Assembly (NCBI GenBank): GCA_041752515.1
Contig: JBGSWI010000009.1
Coordinates: 27-64,026, forward strand
DNA from: Leptolyngbyaceae cyanobacterium
GTDB taxonomy: Bacteria; Cyanobacteriota; Cyanobacteriia; Leptolyngbyales; Leptolyngbyaceae
DNA length: 64,000 nt
Reading direction: 5' to 3'
In this document: positions 43,584 through 53,696 of the stretch, one piece after another
Layout: the number at the start of each line of letters is the position of its first letter
Position numbering within the stretch: the first letter of the stretch is position 1
The notes under the pieces: generated by a model
Databases searched by the model: none
Told to the model about the DNA's origin: nothing
Seen by the model: the letters and a program-made list of their open reading frames with translations, nothing else
Position numbers and translations under genes: made by a program

Positions 43584-45794
43584 TTAAGCTTCTGGAGCTT
43601 GATTTGCTTGTGATACGGGAATCTCGATCCGAAATTCTGCGCCTTTTCCGGGTTCCGAAATGCACTTAAGCGTCCCACGATGTTTTTCGACCACGATTTG
43701 ATAGCTAATTGATAAGCCTAATCCGGTTCCTTTGCCGATCGGCTTGGTTGTAAAAAATGGATCAAATAACCGCGATTGGTTTGCAGCCGGAATGCCAGAA
43801 CCATTATCTCGAATGCTGATCAGCACTGACTTTGACACGGAGCAGACTGAGGAAGTGGGCGCAGAGTCAGCGTTTTCTCGGAGAATTGCCTCTGTGTGAA
43901 TCGTGATGATGGACGGGTTGGCAGCGATGTCTTCCCGCGATCGCCGTTGGTTGTATTGCTCTAAGGCATCGATCGCGTTACTCACAATATTCATAAATAC
44001 TTGATTTAGCTGCCCCACATAGCATTCAACCAGTGGCAGTTCTCCGTAGTCTTTGACCACTTCCACCCCGGTTTGTCCGGTGGTGTTTTTCAGACGACTC
44101 TGCAAAATTAGCAAGGTGCTGTCAATGCCTTCATGCACGTTTACCCGCTTCATTTCGGCTTCATCTAGCCGCGAGAAATTCCGCAGCGACAACACAATCT
44201 CTCGAATGCGATCGGCTCCAATGCTCATCGATTCCAGCATTTTTGGCAGATCTTCCATCAAAAAGTCTAAGTCAATGGCTTGTTGATAGCGCGCGATCGC
44301 CGGGTCAGGAGGCGTATAAGTTGCGCCATAAAGCTTAACCAAACCCATCAAATCTTGAGCATAGTCCGTCGTGTGGGGCAAATTGCCATAGATAAAGTTA
44401 ATGGGGTTGTTAATTTCGTGGGCAACCCCTGCCACCAATTGCCCCAAACTAGACATTTTTTCCGTCTGAATTAACTGCGCCTGGGTTTGTTGCAATGCCT
44501 GAAGCGCCTGAGCCGATTTTGCGGTTTCCTTCCGCAACCGCCGCTCATTCACCGTCACCTGACCCAACAACGCATAAAAGGAAATCGTCAGCCGCCCTAA
44601 TTCATCCTCTCGACTCATCAATTCTTCACTCTTAGCATTCATCTCTGCCAAGCGATTGCATTCATCCATAATCGGCTGCAACCGCTGATTTAATCGCCTT
44701 ACAAACAAAAACACCACCACACCTTGAACCAGGGATGCCCCAATCACTGCTCCCAAAATTCCGGCTGCCAAAAACCGCCAAACAGGACCTAGCACGACCC
44801 ATTCTGGCACTTGTGCCATCAAAATCCAGTTGTTGTTCGGAATTTGCTGATATGCCCAAAATTCTGATTTGCCGCTAGCATCGGTCCATCGCAGCACACC
44901 CGTTTTTTTGCCAGCAGCCAGATTCGTTTGAATACTTTCCCACAACCCCTGATAGTTACTAATTTGAGGGAAGGGCGTAAGAGCCAAGGCTTTTTGAGGA
45001 TGGGGGGGGTAGGCGATTAGGTTGCCTTTTGCGCTAACCAAAACAAAGTAGCCCGCGTCTCGCATGGCAGGCACAGTCAGTTTTTGACTTAAGAAGCCCA
45101 GTTCTAAATCTTGGCTTAAGACTCCCAGAAGTTGCTGCGTGTCTGTGAAGAAGGGCATCGAATAGGCAGTGCTAACGAGTTGTTGCGGTGGATTAAGCGT
45201 CGTTTCCCTGTAGGATTCTGGCTCTAACCAAACCGGCTTGCCAGCGGCGATCGGCTCGGTAAAATAGCGCTTTTGGTAATCACCCGGATCACTTTCTCCT
45301 CCCTTGGAAGTGATTTGACCGCTCTGGTCGCGCACGGCATAAGGATAGCCAAACTGACGATTGGGCAGGATTAAACGACTTGTGGGAGGTTGCCCAAACC
45401 CTAGCCCGGTCCCCACGGGAGAAGTTTTTAGCGATCGCTGCATCAGATCAACATAAACCTGTTCCCGTCGCTCACCTGAGAGGTAAAGGGTTTGCAGTGC
45501 GTCGGCAACGGTTTTAGTAGAATATTCAACGGTGTTAAACGCTCCTTCTAAACTTTCGGCTTTCACTTGAAGATTGGAAATCAACTCGTTTTCAGATTGC
45601 CGAGTGAGTTCGCGATAAGACCAATAAGTGGTGCCCAATAAGCCAATTAAGGAGCCGCCCACTACGGAAAGGAATAGCCGCGATCCCACCGATCGCAACA
45701 TAGAAAACCCCGTACTCTGGCGCGGTGGGGCAGAGTACGGCGGGGTGGGCGGTGCAGTGGTCTGCATAGGAAAGCTCCTGAATTGAACAGGCAA
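43584..45794 (-). CDS. membrane sensor histidine kinase with Cache-type periplasmic domain
   Basis: two TM helices, YFTEP/WLEPESY Cache motif, H-box VAHEINNP, N-box QVFMNIVSNA, FFTTKPIGKGTGLGL. Confidence 0.92.
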   Translation of the reverse strand: MPVQFRSFPMQTTAPPTPPYSAPPRQSTGFSMLRSVGSRLFLSVVGGSLIGLLGTTYWSYRELTRQSENELISNLQVKAESLEGAFNTVEYSTKTVADALQTLYLSGERREQVYVDLMQRSLKTSPVGTGLGFGQPPTSRLILPNRQFGYPYAVRDQSGQITSKGGESDPGDYQKRYFTEPIAAGKPVWLEPESYRETTLNPPQQLVSTAYSMPFFTDTQQLLGVLSQDLELGFLSQKLTVPAMRDAGYFVLVSAKGNLIAYPPHPQKALALTPFPQISNYQGLWESIQTNLAAGKKTGVLRWTDASGKSEFWAYQQIPNNNWILMAQVPEWVVLGPVWRFLAAGILGAVIGASLVQGVVVFLFVRRLNQRLQPIMDECNRLAEMNAKSEELMSREDELGRLTISFYALLGQVTVNERRLRKETAKSAQALQALQQTQAQLIQTEKMSSLGQLVAGVAHEINNPINFIYGNLPHTTDYAQDLMGLVKLYGATYTPPDPAIARYQQAIDLDFLMEDLPKMLESMSIGADRIREIVLSLRNFSRLDEAEMKRVNVHEGIDSTLLILQSRLKNTTGQTGVEVVKDYGELPLVECYVGQLNQVFMNIVSNAIDALEQYNQRRSREDIAANPSIITIHTEAILRENADSAPTSSVCSVSKSVLISIRDNGSGIPAANQSRLFDPFFTTKPIGKGTGLGLSISYQIVVEKHRGTLKCISEPGKGAEFRIEIPVSQANQAPEA

Positions 45795-45894
45795 TTTTGC
45801 CGACTATGATTACGTTGGACAAGTATGCCCCGCTTGAAAGGATTTCTTACAAAGTACTCTGTTTTGGCTGGATGGGCGGTCTATTTCTTAGCCC

Positions 45895-46506
45895 TTAACT
45901 TACAGCTTTTAACGGGTTAGGAGTTGAATAGTAGCAGGTGAGAATGGAATCGATCGCTTCTCGACCCTCCGCGATCGCGGTTACTTTGACGCAATGGGCA
46001 GGATCAATCAAGTGCTTGAGGGGTTGCTCTACTCGGTTAAAGCATTGCATGGCTTCTGAGGCTTGGCGATCCCACTCAGGGTAGTAGTGCAACATATCAT
46101 CGGGCATGACTTTGGTGCGGGTGGTGTTGGGTTCAGGCAAGCAATAAAAAGGCTTATCTAGGTTGAAGTAGCCATAGTCATCAGTGATTTCGTCGCCGGG
46201 AAGAATGTCTCTAGCAGCAAGCTCAAATTTATAGGGGGTGGCAATTAGGCTGGAGTGAAAGCTGTGGTTGACGTAACGGGCAATATCCCAACACAAAACA
46301 TATTGCCCATGTTCGTCACGAAAGCAATATTTGAGCAAGCGATCGCGGCGTAGTGGCTCCAAGGATAAGACATAAGCGGCATCGAATTTTTGATCTAACT
46401 CATCCAAGATCCAAGTAATCGTTCCTTTGGGGATGAATTGGGTTGCAAACACACCATAACCAATGGATTCGTCAATGAATCGAAGTTCTGTATGTGGATG
46501 CATCAT
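45895..46506 (-). CDS. SET domain-containing protein (putative lysine methyltransferase)
   Basis: IGYGVFAT..IPKGT, ARYVNHS, ARDILPGDEITDDY. Confidence 0.9.
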   Translation of the reverse strand: MMHPHTELRFIDESIGYGVFATQFIPKGTITWILDELDQKFDAAYVLSLEPLRRDRLLKYCFRDEHGQYVLCWDIARYVNHSFHSSLIATPYKFELAARDILPGDEITDDYGYFNLDKPFYCLPEPNTTRTKVMPDDMLHYYPEWDRQASEAMQCFNRVEQPLKHLIDPAHCVKVTAIAEGREAIDSILTCYYSTPNPLKAVS

Positions 46507-46511
46507 TGTCG

Positions 46512-47516
46512 CTAATAGCCTTCCTCTTCGTATTCAGGAGTTTTCGTCTTTTCAGGGATATTCACCCGTGGCGCATTGTAACTGGGAGATTGCTTGTCTG
46601 CCCAAGCATCTTCTTCTAAATCATCGAACGGCGCGTCGTATTGATCATCATAATCATCGTCGTAGTCCCCTTCGCTGTAGGGCTGGATTGAAGCTTGAGG
46701 CTCTCGCTCGTAGCGATCGCCCGCAGTTTTTTCGCTCCAGTTGTCGCCTTCGTCATCCTCGTCAGCGTCGTCTTCGTAATACAGCGGTTCTGCACGACGC
46801 TCCTGCTGACGGATCTGGCGCGGTTCTGGCTCTCCCCAATTATCATCATCCCAAGTTTCTTGAACGACAGGCTCGCGCTGCCGCAGTTGGGCATTGACGG
46901 GGGTTCGCAAGCCGGTGCCAAGCTGATTTTCAGATCGCATTGGGGCAATGTAGCCATCCTCATCGTCTCGCTCCCACGGGGGGCTACCGATGCCTAGCCG
47001 CTCCAATACACCCACGGATAGCTGGATCAGTCGGTCTTCTGAACCTTCAAACACAATCAGGCGATCGGGTCCACTGCTGACAATTTCTTCAATCGGCAAT
47101 TCATACGTGCTAACCACTTGGTCAGGAATCAGGGGAACGCCAATAGACGCAATGATGAGCGACGTAACTTTGCCATCGTCCACATCAAATTTGAAGCCCC
47201 GTACTTTGCCTAACAGTTCGCCGGTTTCTGTGACTACTTCACAATTAATTAAGCTGCTGTAAATTTCTGTATCGATTTCTTCAATCACGTCTTCGTCGTC
47301 TACCAGAATGACATCACCAATTTGCCGAATGCTAGTCAGCAGCATGGGTTGAGGAGTGCCATAAAGAATGTTGGGACGAAGGCTCAGCGCCACCACTTCA
47401 CGCTGATCGATATCGACCCACAGTTGGCTGACTACGCCAAGTTTTTTGCCACTATCACGGGTGACCACTAATGTACCCAGAATGTCAGACCGTTGGCGAA
47501 TTGCTTCAGATGCCAT
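46512..47516 (-). CDS. PRC-barrel domain protein with acidic tail
   Basis: two PRC barrels (VVTRDSGKKLGVV; VVTETGELLGKV) and an Asp/Glu-rich C-terminus. Confidence 0.9.
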   Translation of the reverse strand: MASEAIRQRSDILGTLVVTRDSGKKLGVVSQLWVDIDQREVVALSLRPNILYGTPQPMLLTSIRQIGDVILVDDEDVIEEIDTEIYSSLINCEVVTETGELLGKVRGFKFDVDDGKVTSLIIASIGVPLIPDQVVSTYELPIEEIVSSGPDRLIVFEGSEDRLIQLSVGVLERLGIGSPPWERDDEDGYIAPMRSENQLGTGLRTPVNAQLRQREPVVQETWDDDNWGEPEPRQIRQQERRAEPLYYEDDADEDDEGDNWSEKTAGDRYEREPQASIQPYSEGDYDDDYDDQYDAPFDDLEEDAWADKQSPSYNAPRVNIPEKTKTPEYEEEGY

Positions 47517-47567
47517 TTATTTTTTCCCGAATCCTAACCCGCGAATCATGTTAGATGTTACATCAAA

Positions 47568-50500
47568 TCACAAAGAGGCTCTTTGTGGAACTAGATCAAT
47601 TCCTAAAACTTGGGTGAACGCACCACGAGCTTGGGTCACCCCAATTTGACGCTGGGCAGATTCAATCATGGGACGACGAAGGCTCACGACAATAAACTGC
47701 GCCTGCTGCGATTGCTGTTTGATCATTCTAGCTAATCGCTCTACGTTTGCCCCATCAAGAAACATATCAACCTCATCAAAGGCATAAAACGGGGAGGGAC
47801 GGTAGCGCTGGAGGGCGAAGATAAAGCTGAGGGCGGTCAGAGATTTTTCGCCGCCGGACATGGATGCCAGCCGCTGAATGGGTTTGCCTTTGGGATGGGC
47901 AACCAAGTTTAAGCCGCCGTTAAACGGATCGGTCGCATCATCGAGTTGCAGGTGCCCATCGCCATCGGAGAGGATGGCAAAAATGGACTGAAAATTTTCG
48001 TTGACGGCATCAAAGGCTTCCTTGAAAGCGCGTTGGCGGAGAGTGGTGAAGTTTTCGATGCGGAGCAGGAGTTCAGTGCGTTCTTCTTCTAGGGTGCGAA
48101 GTTTGTCGGTGAGTTCATCGAGTCTGGCTTGGGTGCGATCGTATTCTTCTAGTGCCAACATATTGACGGGTTCCATAGACTGGAGGCGTTTTTGCAGCGA
48201 TCGCAGTTCTTGCTGGAGTTGTTCTAAGCCAATATCTTCGGGCACTTCGGGCAGGGGATCGGGCAGATTGGCGTGCTGGGCGTGTATTTGCTCTTGCAGG
48301 GCGATCAGTTGTTCCCGCCGCGATTGCTGCGTTTCCTGAACTTTTTGCCGATCCCATTCTCGCTGTTGGTGCTGCAATTGGCGATCGCGCAGGTGTCGTT
48401 CGGCGCTGTCTCGTTGCCCTTTTTCCGCCCCCAGTTGTTGTTCTAAAGAAACTTGGGTTGCTTTCGCCTCGGCAATCTGATCATTAAGGCTGGACTGTTG
48501 GGTACTGAATGCCAATTGCTGCTGGAGTTGGGCGGTTTGCTGGGTGCGATAGTCCTGTAGGCGCTCTTGGCACTGACCGATTTTTTCTATCAAGCGCTGG
48601 TATTGGTTGTCTAAGTCGCGCAGTCGTTGTTCGACGGTTCGGAGTGCCAGTTCTTTTTGGCTGAGGTCGGCTTCTTGCGATCGCAGGGTTGCCTGAATCT
48701 GCTGCCATTCACTGTGGGTGTGGGATTGCTCCAACTCGGTCAGGGTTTGCCGCAATTGGTTCAACTGGGTTGATTGTGCCGGGATTGCGGCTTCTAAAAC
48801 CTGTAAGCGGGTTTGAGCGGTGGTGAATTCTTGGGTGTGCTGGGTGTGCTGATCGTGCAGGTGGGCACAGTTCACTTCTAAAATTTTCAGGTCTTTAGTC
48901 AATTGATTTTTTTGGATTTCGGTTTCGCGGTGCTGCTGACGGTGTTCGGTCAGGGCTTGGGTGCGCTCTCGAACCAGATCGGTGGCGCGGTGAATGCTGT
49001 TGTCGCAGTGGATCAAGATGCGATCGATTTCCTGGAGGCGATCGCGCAAGGCTTTCACTTCATCAGAGTCGTCCGCATCCATGGTGCCAAAATGGAGGGA
49101 TGAGCGGGTATTGCTGCTGCCGCCCGTCATTGCCCCGGAGGATTCCAGCAGGTCGCCGGTGATCGTCACAATCCGGTAGTCGCCCAAGTGACGACGGGCA
49201 TCGCTGAGGGTTTCAAACACAACGGTGGAGCCAAAAACGTAGGCAAAGACATCCCGGTAGCGATCGTCAAATTCGATCAGGTCTAGGGCGTAACCCATGC
49301 AGCCAGCCAGCGATCGCAGGGTGCCCCGGTTGGGCGATCGCCCCGGTTGGATTTTGTTCAGCGGCAGAAAAGTGGCACGTCCGGCTTTGCGTTGTTTCAG
49401 CAGTTCGATCGCGGCAGCAGCAACGCCATCATCGTCTACTACTAAATTTCCCAGTCGGGCACCCGCCGCCGTTTCTAGCGCCAGTCGATAACGAGGTTCT
49501 ACCCGTCCCAGTTGGGCAACCAAGCCGCACACACCGGGCAGGTTCATTTGCAGGATTAACTGGGTGGCATGAGTGCCTTGAGCTTCTTGGAGTGCTTGAG
49601 TTTGGGCTTCTAGCTTATCGAGGCGGCGCTGTTTTTCACGCTGTTCGTTTAGCAGGCGATCGCGGGTTTCTCGCTGAATTTGCAGTTCTTGCTCGGCATT
49701 CGCCAATCCTTGCGCCAAGGTTTGAAGCTGTTCTTGGGACGCGGCAAGCTGGGTTTCTACGGTAGCTTGCTGGGTTTTTTGGGCGGCAAGCTGCTGCTCT
49801 AAAGTTTGTTGGCTTTGGGTTTGCTCCTGGATCTGACGCTCTAATCGGTGAATCCGCTCTTGCAGTTGGGCTTGTTCCGTGCGCTGCGGCTCCAAAAGCG
49901 CCAAAATTGCATCAATTTGGTGACGCAAATCGGTTTGCTCTTGCACCCAAGCTTCGGCACTGGCGGCACTGACACTGGCGGCTTCGCGATTGTGGACTAG
50001 CTGCTGTTGAGCGCGATCGCGTTCTGCCCTCAAGGTCACAAAATCCTGCGTTTCTAATCTGCGTTTCTCTTGCGTTGCCGCCTCTAACTGGTGCTGCTGC
50101 TCTTGGAGTTCTTGCTGAGTACGGCTCAGATTTACGGTCAATTCACGGCTAGCCGCTTGCAAATCTTGCTCTTGCCGCTGCACTTGGCGTAATTCGGCTT
50201 CACGAGTTGCCAGGGTTGCCTGTAATGCCAGAAGTTCTTCTTCGCCCAAGGCTTTGACGCGGGCGTTCAGTTGTTCGAGCGCGGCGGTAGATTGCTGAAT
50301 CTCCGTGAAAAGGAGCGCCAGTTGATCCGTTAGGTCGGCGATCGCCCGTTCATCGCTGCCAAGCTGTTGCTGCAACTGCTGCACGGCGCGGGTCGATTGG
50401 CGATATTGAATCACCGCGTCCCATTGTTCTTTGCGCTGTAATTCTTGCCGCAGCTTTTGATATTTTTCCGCTTTAATCCGGTCTTGGGCAAGGCGATCGC

Positions 50501-51245
50501 GCTGGTCAATCAGTTCTCGCTCAACGATGTGATATTTGTCTTCCCGATCTTTGACTGCATTCAGCTTTTCTCGCGCCTGGACAATTTTGCGATCGAACGC
50601 CGCCACCCCTGCCAATTCATCAATAATTTCCCGGCGCTCCCGCGAGTTCATCGAAATAATTCGCGTTACATCCCCTTGCAGCACGACGTTGTAGCCTTCA
50701 GGATAAACTCGCAGCCGATTTAAGGATTCGTGCAGTTCGGTAAGCGTACAGGGTTCGCCGTTAATGTAATAGTTTGAGGTGTAAGTGCCCTGCTGGGTCA
50801 CCCTGAGTTTACGGGTGACGCTCCATTCACGCGCTGAGGCTAGATGACCGTTTCCGTTGCCATGTGCGCCGCTCTCAGCCTGTTCGTTCCGTTCCGCATC
50901 ACTCAACCAATCAGCCTCGACCATGGAACCGTCCACATTCACCGATTGTTCAATCTGATCGTCCATAGACAGCGGCTCATCGCTCAGGTCAAAGGTAACG
51001 GTGACGCTGGCTTCCACGGTGGAGCGGTTGCGTGTGCTTTGGGTGTGGTTTACCAAGTCGGGCAGCCGTTCTGCCCGCATTCCCTTAGAACCCGCCAGCC
51101 CTAAGCAAAATAGTAAACCGTCAATTAAGTTAGATTTACCTGAGCCGTTTGGACCGGAAACCACGGTGAACCCCGGCAGCAAAGGAATGGTTACCTTGCC
51201 GCCAAAAGATTTGAAGTTAGAAAGTTCCAGGCGCTTAATATACAA
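47568..51245 (-). CDS. smc: chromosome segregation protein SMC
   Basis: GPNGSGKSN, long coiled coils, hinge GRATFLPLNKI, MSGGEKS, FYAFDEVD. Confidence 0.98.
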   Translation of the reverse strand: MYIKRLELSNFKSFGGKVTIPLLPGFTVVSGPNGSGKSNLIDGLLFCLGLAGSKGMRAERLPDLVNHTQSTRNRSTVEASVTVTFDLSDEPLSMDDQIEQSVNVDGSMVEADWLSDAERNEQAESGAHGNGNGHLASAREWSVTRKLRVTQQGTYTSNYYINGEPCTLTELHESLNRLRVYPEGYNVVLQGDVTRIISMNSRERREIIDELAGVAAFDRKIVQAREKLNAVKDREDKYHIVERELIDQRDRLAQDRIKAEKYQKLRQELQRKEQWDAVIQYRQSTRAVQQLQQQLGSDERAIADLTDQLALLFTEIQQSTAALEQLNARVKALGEEELLALQATLATREAELRQVQRQEQDLQAASRELTVNLSRTQQELQEQQHQLEAATQEKRRLETQDFVTLRAERDRAQQQLVHNREAASVSAASAEAWVQEQTDLRHQIDAILALLEPQRTEQAQLQERIHRLERQIQEQTQSQQTLEQQLAAQKTQQATVETQLAASQEQLQTLAQGLANAEQELQIQRETRDRLLNEQREKQRRLDKLEAQTQALQEAQGTHATQLILQMNLPGVCGLVAQLGRVEPRYRLALETAAGARLGNLVVDDDGVAAAAIELLKQRKAGRATFLPLNKIQPGRSPNRGTLRSLAGCMGYALDLIEFDDRYRDVFAYVFGSTVVFETLSDARRHLGDYRIVTITGDLLESSGAMTGGSSNTRSSLHFGTMDADDSDEVKALRDRLQEIDRILIHCDNSIHRATDLVRERTQALTEHRQQHRETEIQKNQLTKDLKILEVNCAHLHDQHTQHTQEFTTAQTRLQVLEAAIPAQSTQLNQLRQTLTELEQSHTHSEWQQIQATLRSQEADLSQKELALRTVEQRLRDLDNQYQRLIEKIGQCQERLQDYRTQQTAQLQQQLAFSTQQSSLNDQIAEAKATQVSLEQQLGAEKGQRDSAERHLRDRQLQHQQREWDRQKVQETQQSRREQLIALQEQIHAQHANLPDPLPEVPEDIGLEQLQQELRSLQKRLQSMEPVNMLALEEYDRTQARLDELTDKLRTLEEERTELLLRIENFTTLRQRAFKEAFDAVNENFQSIFAILSDGDGHLQLDDATDPFNGGLNLVAHPKGKPIQRLASMSGGEKSLTALSFIFALQRYRPSPFYAFDEVDMFLDGANVERLARMIKQQSQQAQFIVVSLRRPMIESAQRQIGVTQARGAFTQVLGIDLVPQRASL

Positions 51246-51376
51246 AGCCTGACAGGGTTGGGGTTAAAGACGGGATGAGAAGTCGTGCTTAAGTGTAATG
51301 GCTAAACGCCAAACTAAACAAAAATCTCAAAAGCCCTTTTTTTATAGCATGAGATAGAACTAATGTTCTATAAACT

Positions 51377-52450
51377 CTACATTGCGCCGGATTTTTTGTT
51401 GAAAATGACCAGGATAGTTTTGACAATTAGCTCTAGATCGTACTTTAAGCTCCAGTTTTCTTGATATTTCAGATCGAGCTGCACAATGTCTTCAAAGTTT
51501 TTCACTGACGATCGCCCATTTACCTGCCATTCTCCCGTCATGCCGGGTTTAATATCTAACCGCTGCCACTGGGGAATCTCATATTTTTCCACTTCATCGG
51601 GCGTAGGCGGACGGGTGCCGACTAAGCTCATCTCGCCCTTCAGCACATTCCAAAATTGGGGCAGTTCATCCAAGCTGGTTTTTCGTAAGATCCGACCGAC
51701 GCGGGTAATCCGAGGATCGTTCTTTGCTTTAAAAATCGCGCCTTCTGCGTCATTTTGAACCAAGTGCTTTTTGGCTTCGGCATCGGTCACCATTGATCGG
51801 AACTTCCACATTTTGAAGCGTTTGCCCATTTGAGAGCAGCGGACTTGTCCAAAAAAGAGAGGTCCGGGGCTATCTAGCTTGATGGCGATCGCGATCGGAA
51901 TAATCAGCACACTGGTAATCGACAGCCCCACAATCGAACCCACGATATCAATCATCCGCTTGGGCACCGACTTGACAGAAGGATGAGTGATAAACGGCTG
52001 CTCATCCGCTTTAACCCTGTTTCTAAGACGCTGCGGGATGAGCCTGCCGGGAGCGCCATCAGCCCCCTGCTGCGCCGAGTTTGAGGATAAGCTAGGCGAT
52101 TGAGAACCGGCGATGGAGCCGGGGGGAGATAACAAGGGCGTTCCTGGCTCGATCACAAAGAACTTATCTAAATCCGCTAGCGCAAGTGCTGACATTACTT
52201 GCGGCGGAACATTTTGCAACACGAGATTAAACCTTGTTTTTTGCGCCATTTTACGGCTGGCAACCAAGGCACCAATGCCGCTGCTGTCCATAAACTTGGT
52301 TTCACTGAAGTCAAGCGCAATCCGCGTTAAATCAGGATTGTTTTGACAAATTTCTTGAAAGCTCTGCTTAAATTCCACTGCTTTTTTGACCGTAAAAACA
52401 GGTGGAATATGAATAGTTACTTGATTCTGGTCTTCGTTAGATTCAACCAC
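51377..52450 (-). CDS. STAS (anti-sigma antagonist) domain fused to a bacterial sugar transferase (WcaJ/WbaP-type phosphoglycosyl transferase)
   Basis: STAS LDFSETKFMDSSGIGAL; transferase KFRSM, DPRITRVG, SLDELPQFWNVLKGEMSLVGTRP. Confidence 0.92.
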   Translation of the reverse strand: MVESNEDQNQVTIHIPPVFTVKKAVEFKQSFQEICQNNPDLTRIALDFSETKFMDSSGIGALVASRKMAQKTRFNLVLQNVPPQVMSALALADLDKFFVIEPGTPLLSPPGSIAGSQSPSLSSNSAQQGADGAPGRLIPQRLRNRVKADEQPFITHPSVKSVPKRMIDIVGSIVGLSITSVLIIPIAIAIKLDSPGPLFFGQVRCSQMGKRFKMWKFRSMVTDAEAKKHLVQNDAEGAIFKAKNDPRITRVGRILRKTSLDELPQFWNVLKGEMSLVGTRPPTPDEVEKYEIPQWQRLDIKPGMTGEWQVNGRSSVKNFEDIVQLDLKYQENWSLKYDLELIVKTILVIFNKKSGAM

Positions 52451-52642
52451 AGCGCTAGCTCAACTTATGTAAGTGGACTATAAAGCAATTGGTAGATAAG
52501 GCGGCAGTATGTGGGACTGCAATAAACCGCAATGGCACACCCGGAGTTTCAACCACGATGTTTAGTAAACTCTTGAACTCGATTCCCCTGCATTCACCTA
52601 TCCATAGTCGTCGGTATAAAAGGCTTCAACGTTTACCTCCCG

Positions 52643-53551
52643 TCATTGATGCGATCGCCGCCACTCCTCAGCCACCAAATCAAGCCCATAAAAACGCTGC
52701 CAAAATCGATCAACGGTTTTCGTAGACAGCACCTTAGTGAGGAAAAACAGTAAAAACCGCCCTCCGGTAGCGGCAACATAGCGCGGTTGAGGATGATGGG
52801 TTTTGAGGGCTTTGATAATCACCCCGGCGACTCGTTCCGAAGTCCAAGCGTTGGCGGTTGTTTGCTGTTCTAATGCCTCCATTTTTTGGAAAGCCGCCCG
52901 GTAAGGCGTAGTCTCTGGACTGGGAAACATCTGGGTGATTTCTTGCCTCACTACTTCAAAAAAGTTAGTGCTAACGGGACCAGGTTCAATCACACTAACC
53001 TGAATGTTGAACGGTTGCAGTTCCATTCGCAGGGTATCGCTGAGAGCTTCTAGGGCAAATTTGGAAGCACTGTATAGTCCGCCAAAGGGGAAGGCTGTTT
53101 TACCACCGATAGAACTAATGTTGATGATTTTGCCACCGCCGCGATCGCGCATTGCCGGAATCAACGCTTGTATCAGCGTCAATGGACCTAGCACATTTAC
53201 CTCAAATTGGCGACGAGCAGCTTCAGGGGGAACCAATTCCAAAACACCCATTTGCCCATAGCCCGCATTATTGACCAGTGTATCTACCTGCCCAAAATGC
53301 TCCAATGCTGCTTTTGCCAGGGCTTGCACTTGCTCAATCTCGGCTAGGTCGGTGGCAACAGTTAGGGTTTCTGCCCCAGATTCATGGCATAGAGTGGCTA
53401 CTGCATTGAGTTTTTCTAGGCTCCGAGCCGCTAAAACTAATCGAATGCCGGGATATTGCCGCGCTAAAACTTGTGCTAGGGCGGCACCAATTCCGGTAGA
53501 AGCACCCGTGATTAAAATAACTTGTTCGGCAAGATTTGAAGATGGAGGCAT
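52643..53551 (-). CDS. short-chain dehydrogenase/reductase
   Basis: TGASTGIG, NNAG, YSASK. Confidence 0.95.
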   Translation of the reverse strand: MPPSSNLAEQVILITGASTGIGAALAQVLARQYPGIRLVLAARSLEKLNAVATLCHESGAETLTVATDLAEIEQVQALAKAALEHFGQVDTLVNNAGYGQMGVLELVPPEAARRQFEVNVLGPLTLIQALIPAMRDRGGGKIINISSIGGKTAFPFGGLYSASKFALEALSDTLRMELQPFNIQVSVIEPGPVSTNFFEVVRQEITQMFPSPETTPYRAAFQKMEALEQQTTANAWTSERVAGVIIKALKTHHPQPRYVAATGGRFLLFFLTKVLSTKTVDRFWQRFYGLDLVAEEWRRSHQ

Positions 53552-53696
53552 GAATCAACGAGTCAACCTATCGGCAGGATGAGGACGATACTATCTTGGC
53601 ATTGTGTGAGATAAACTGCACTTATTGTTCTCTCAAACTCAATAGTTTCAACGTATCTTCATCAATCATTTTAGGTAAATTTGCTTTTAAGTGAAT

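Noticed and set aside
43126-43665. Several 65-97-aa ORFs around 43126-43665
   Set aside because: They overlap the dispersed repeat and the end of the kinase gene on conflicting frames; no protein-like features.
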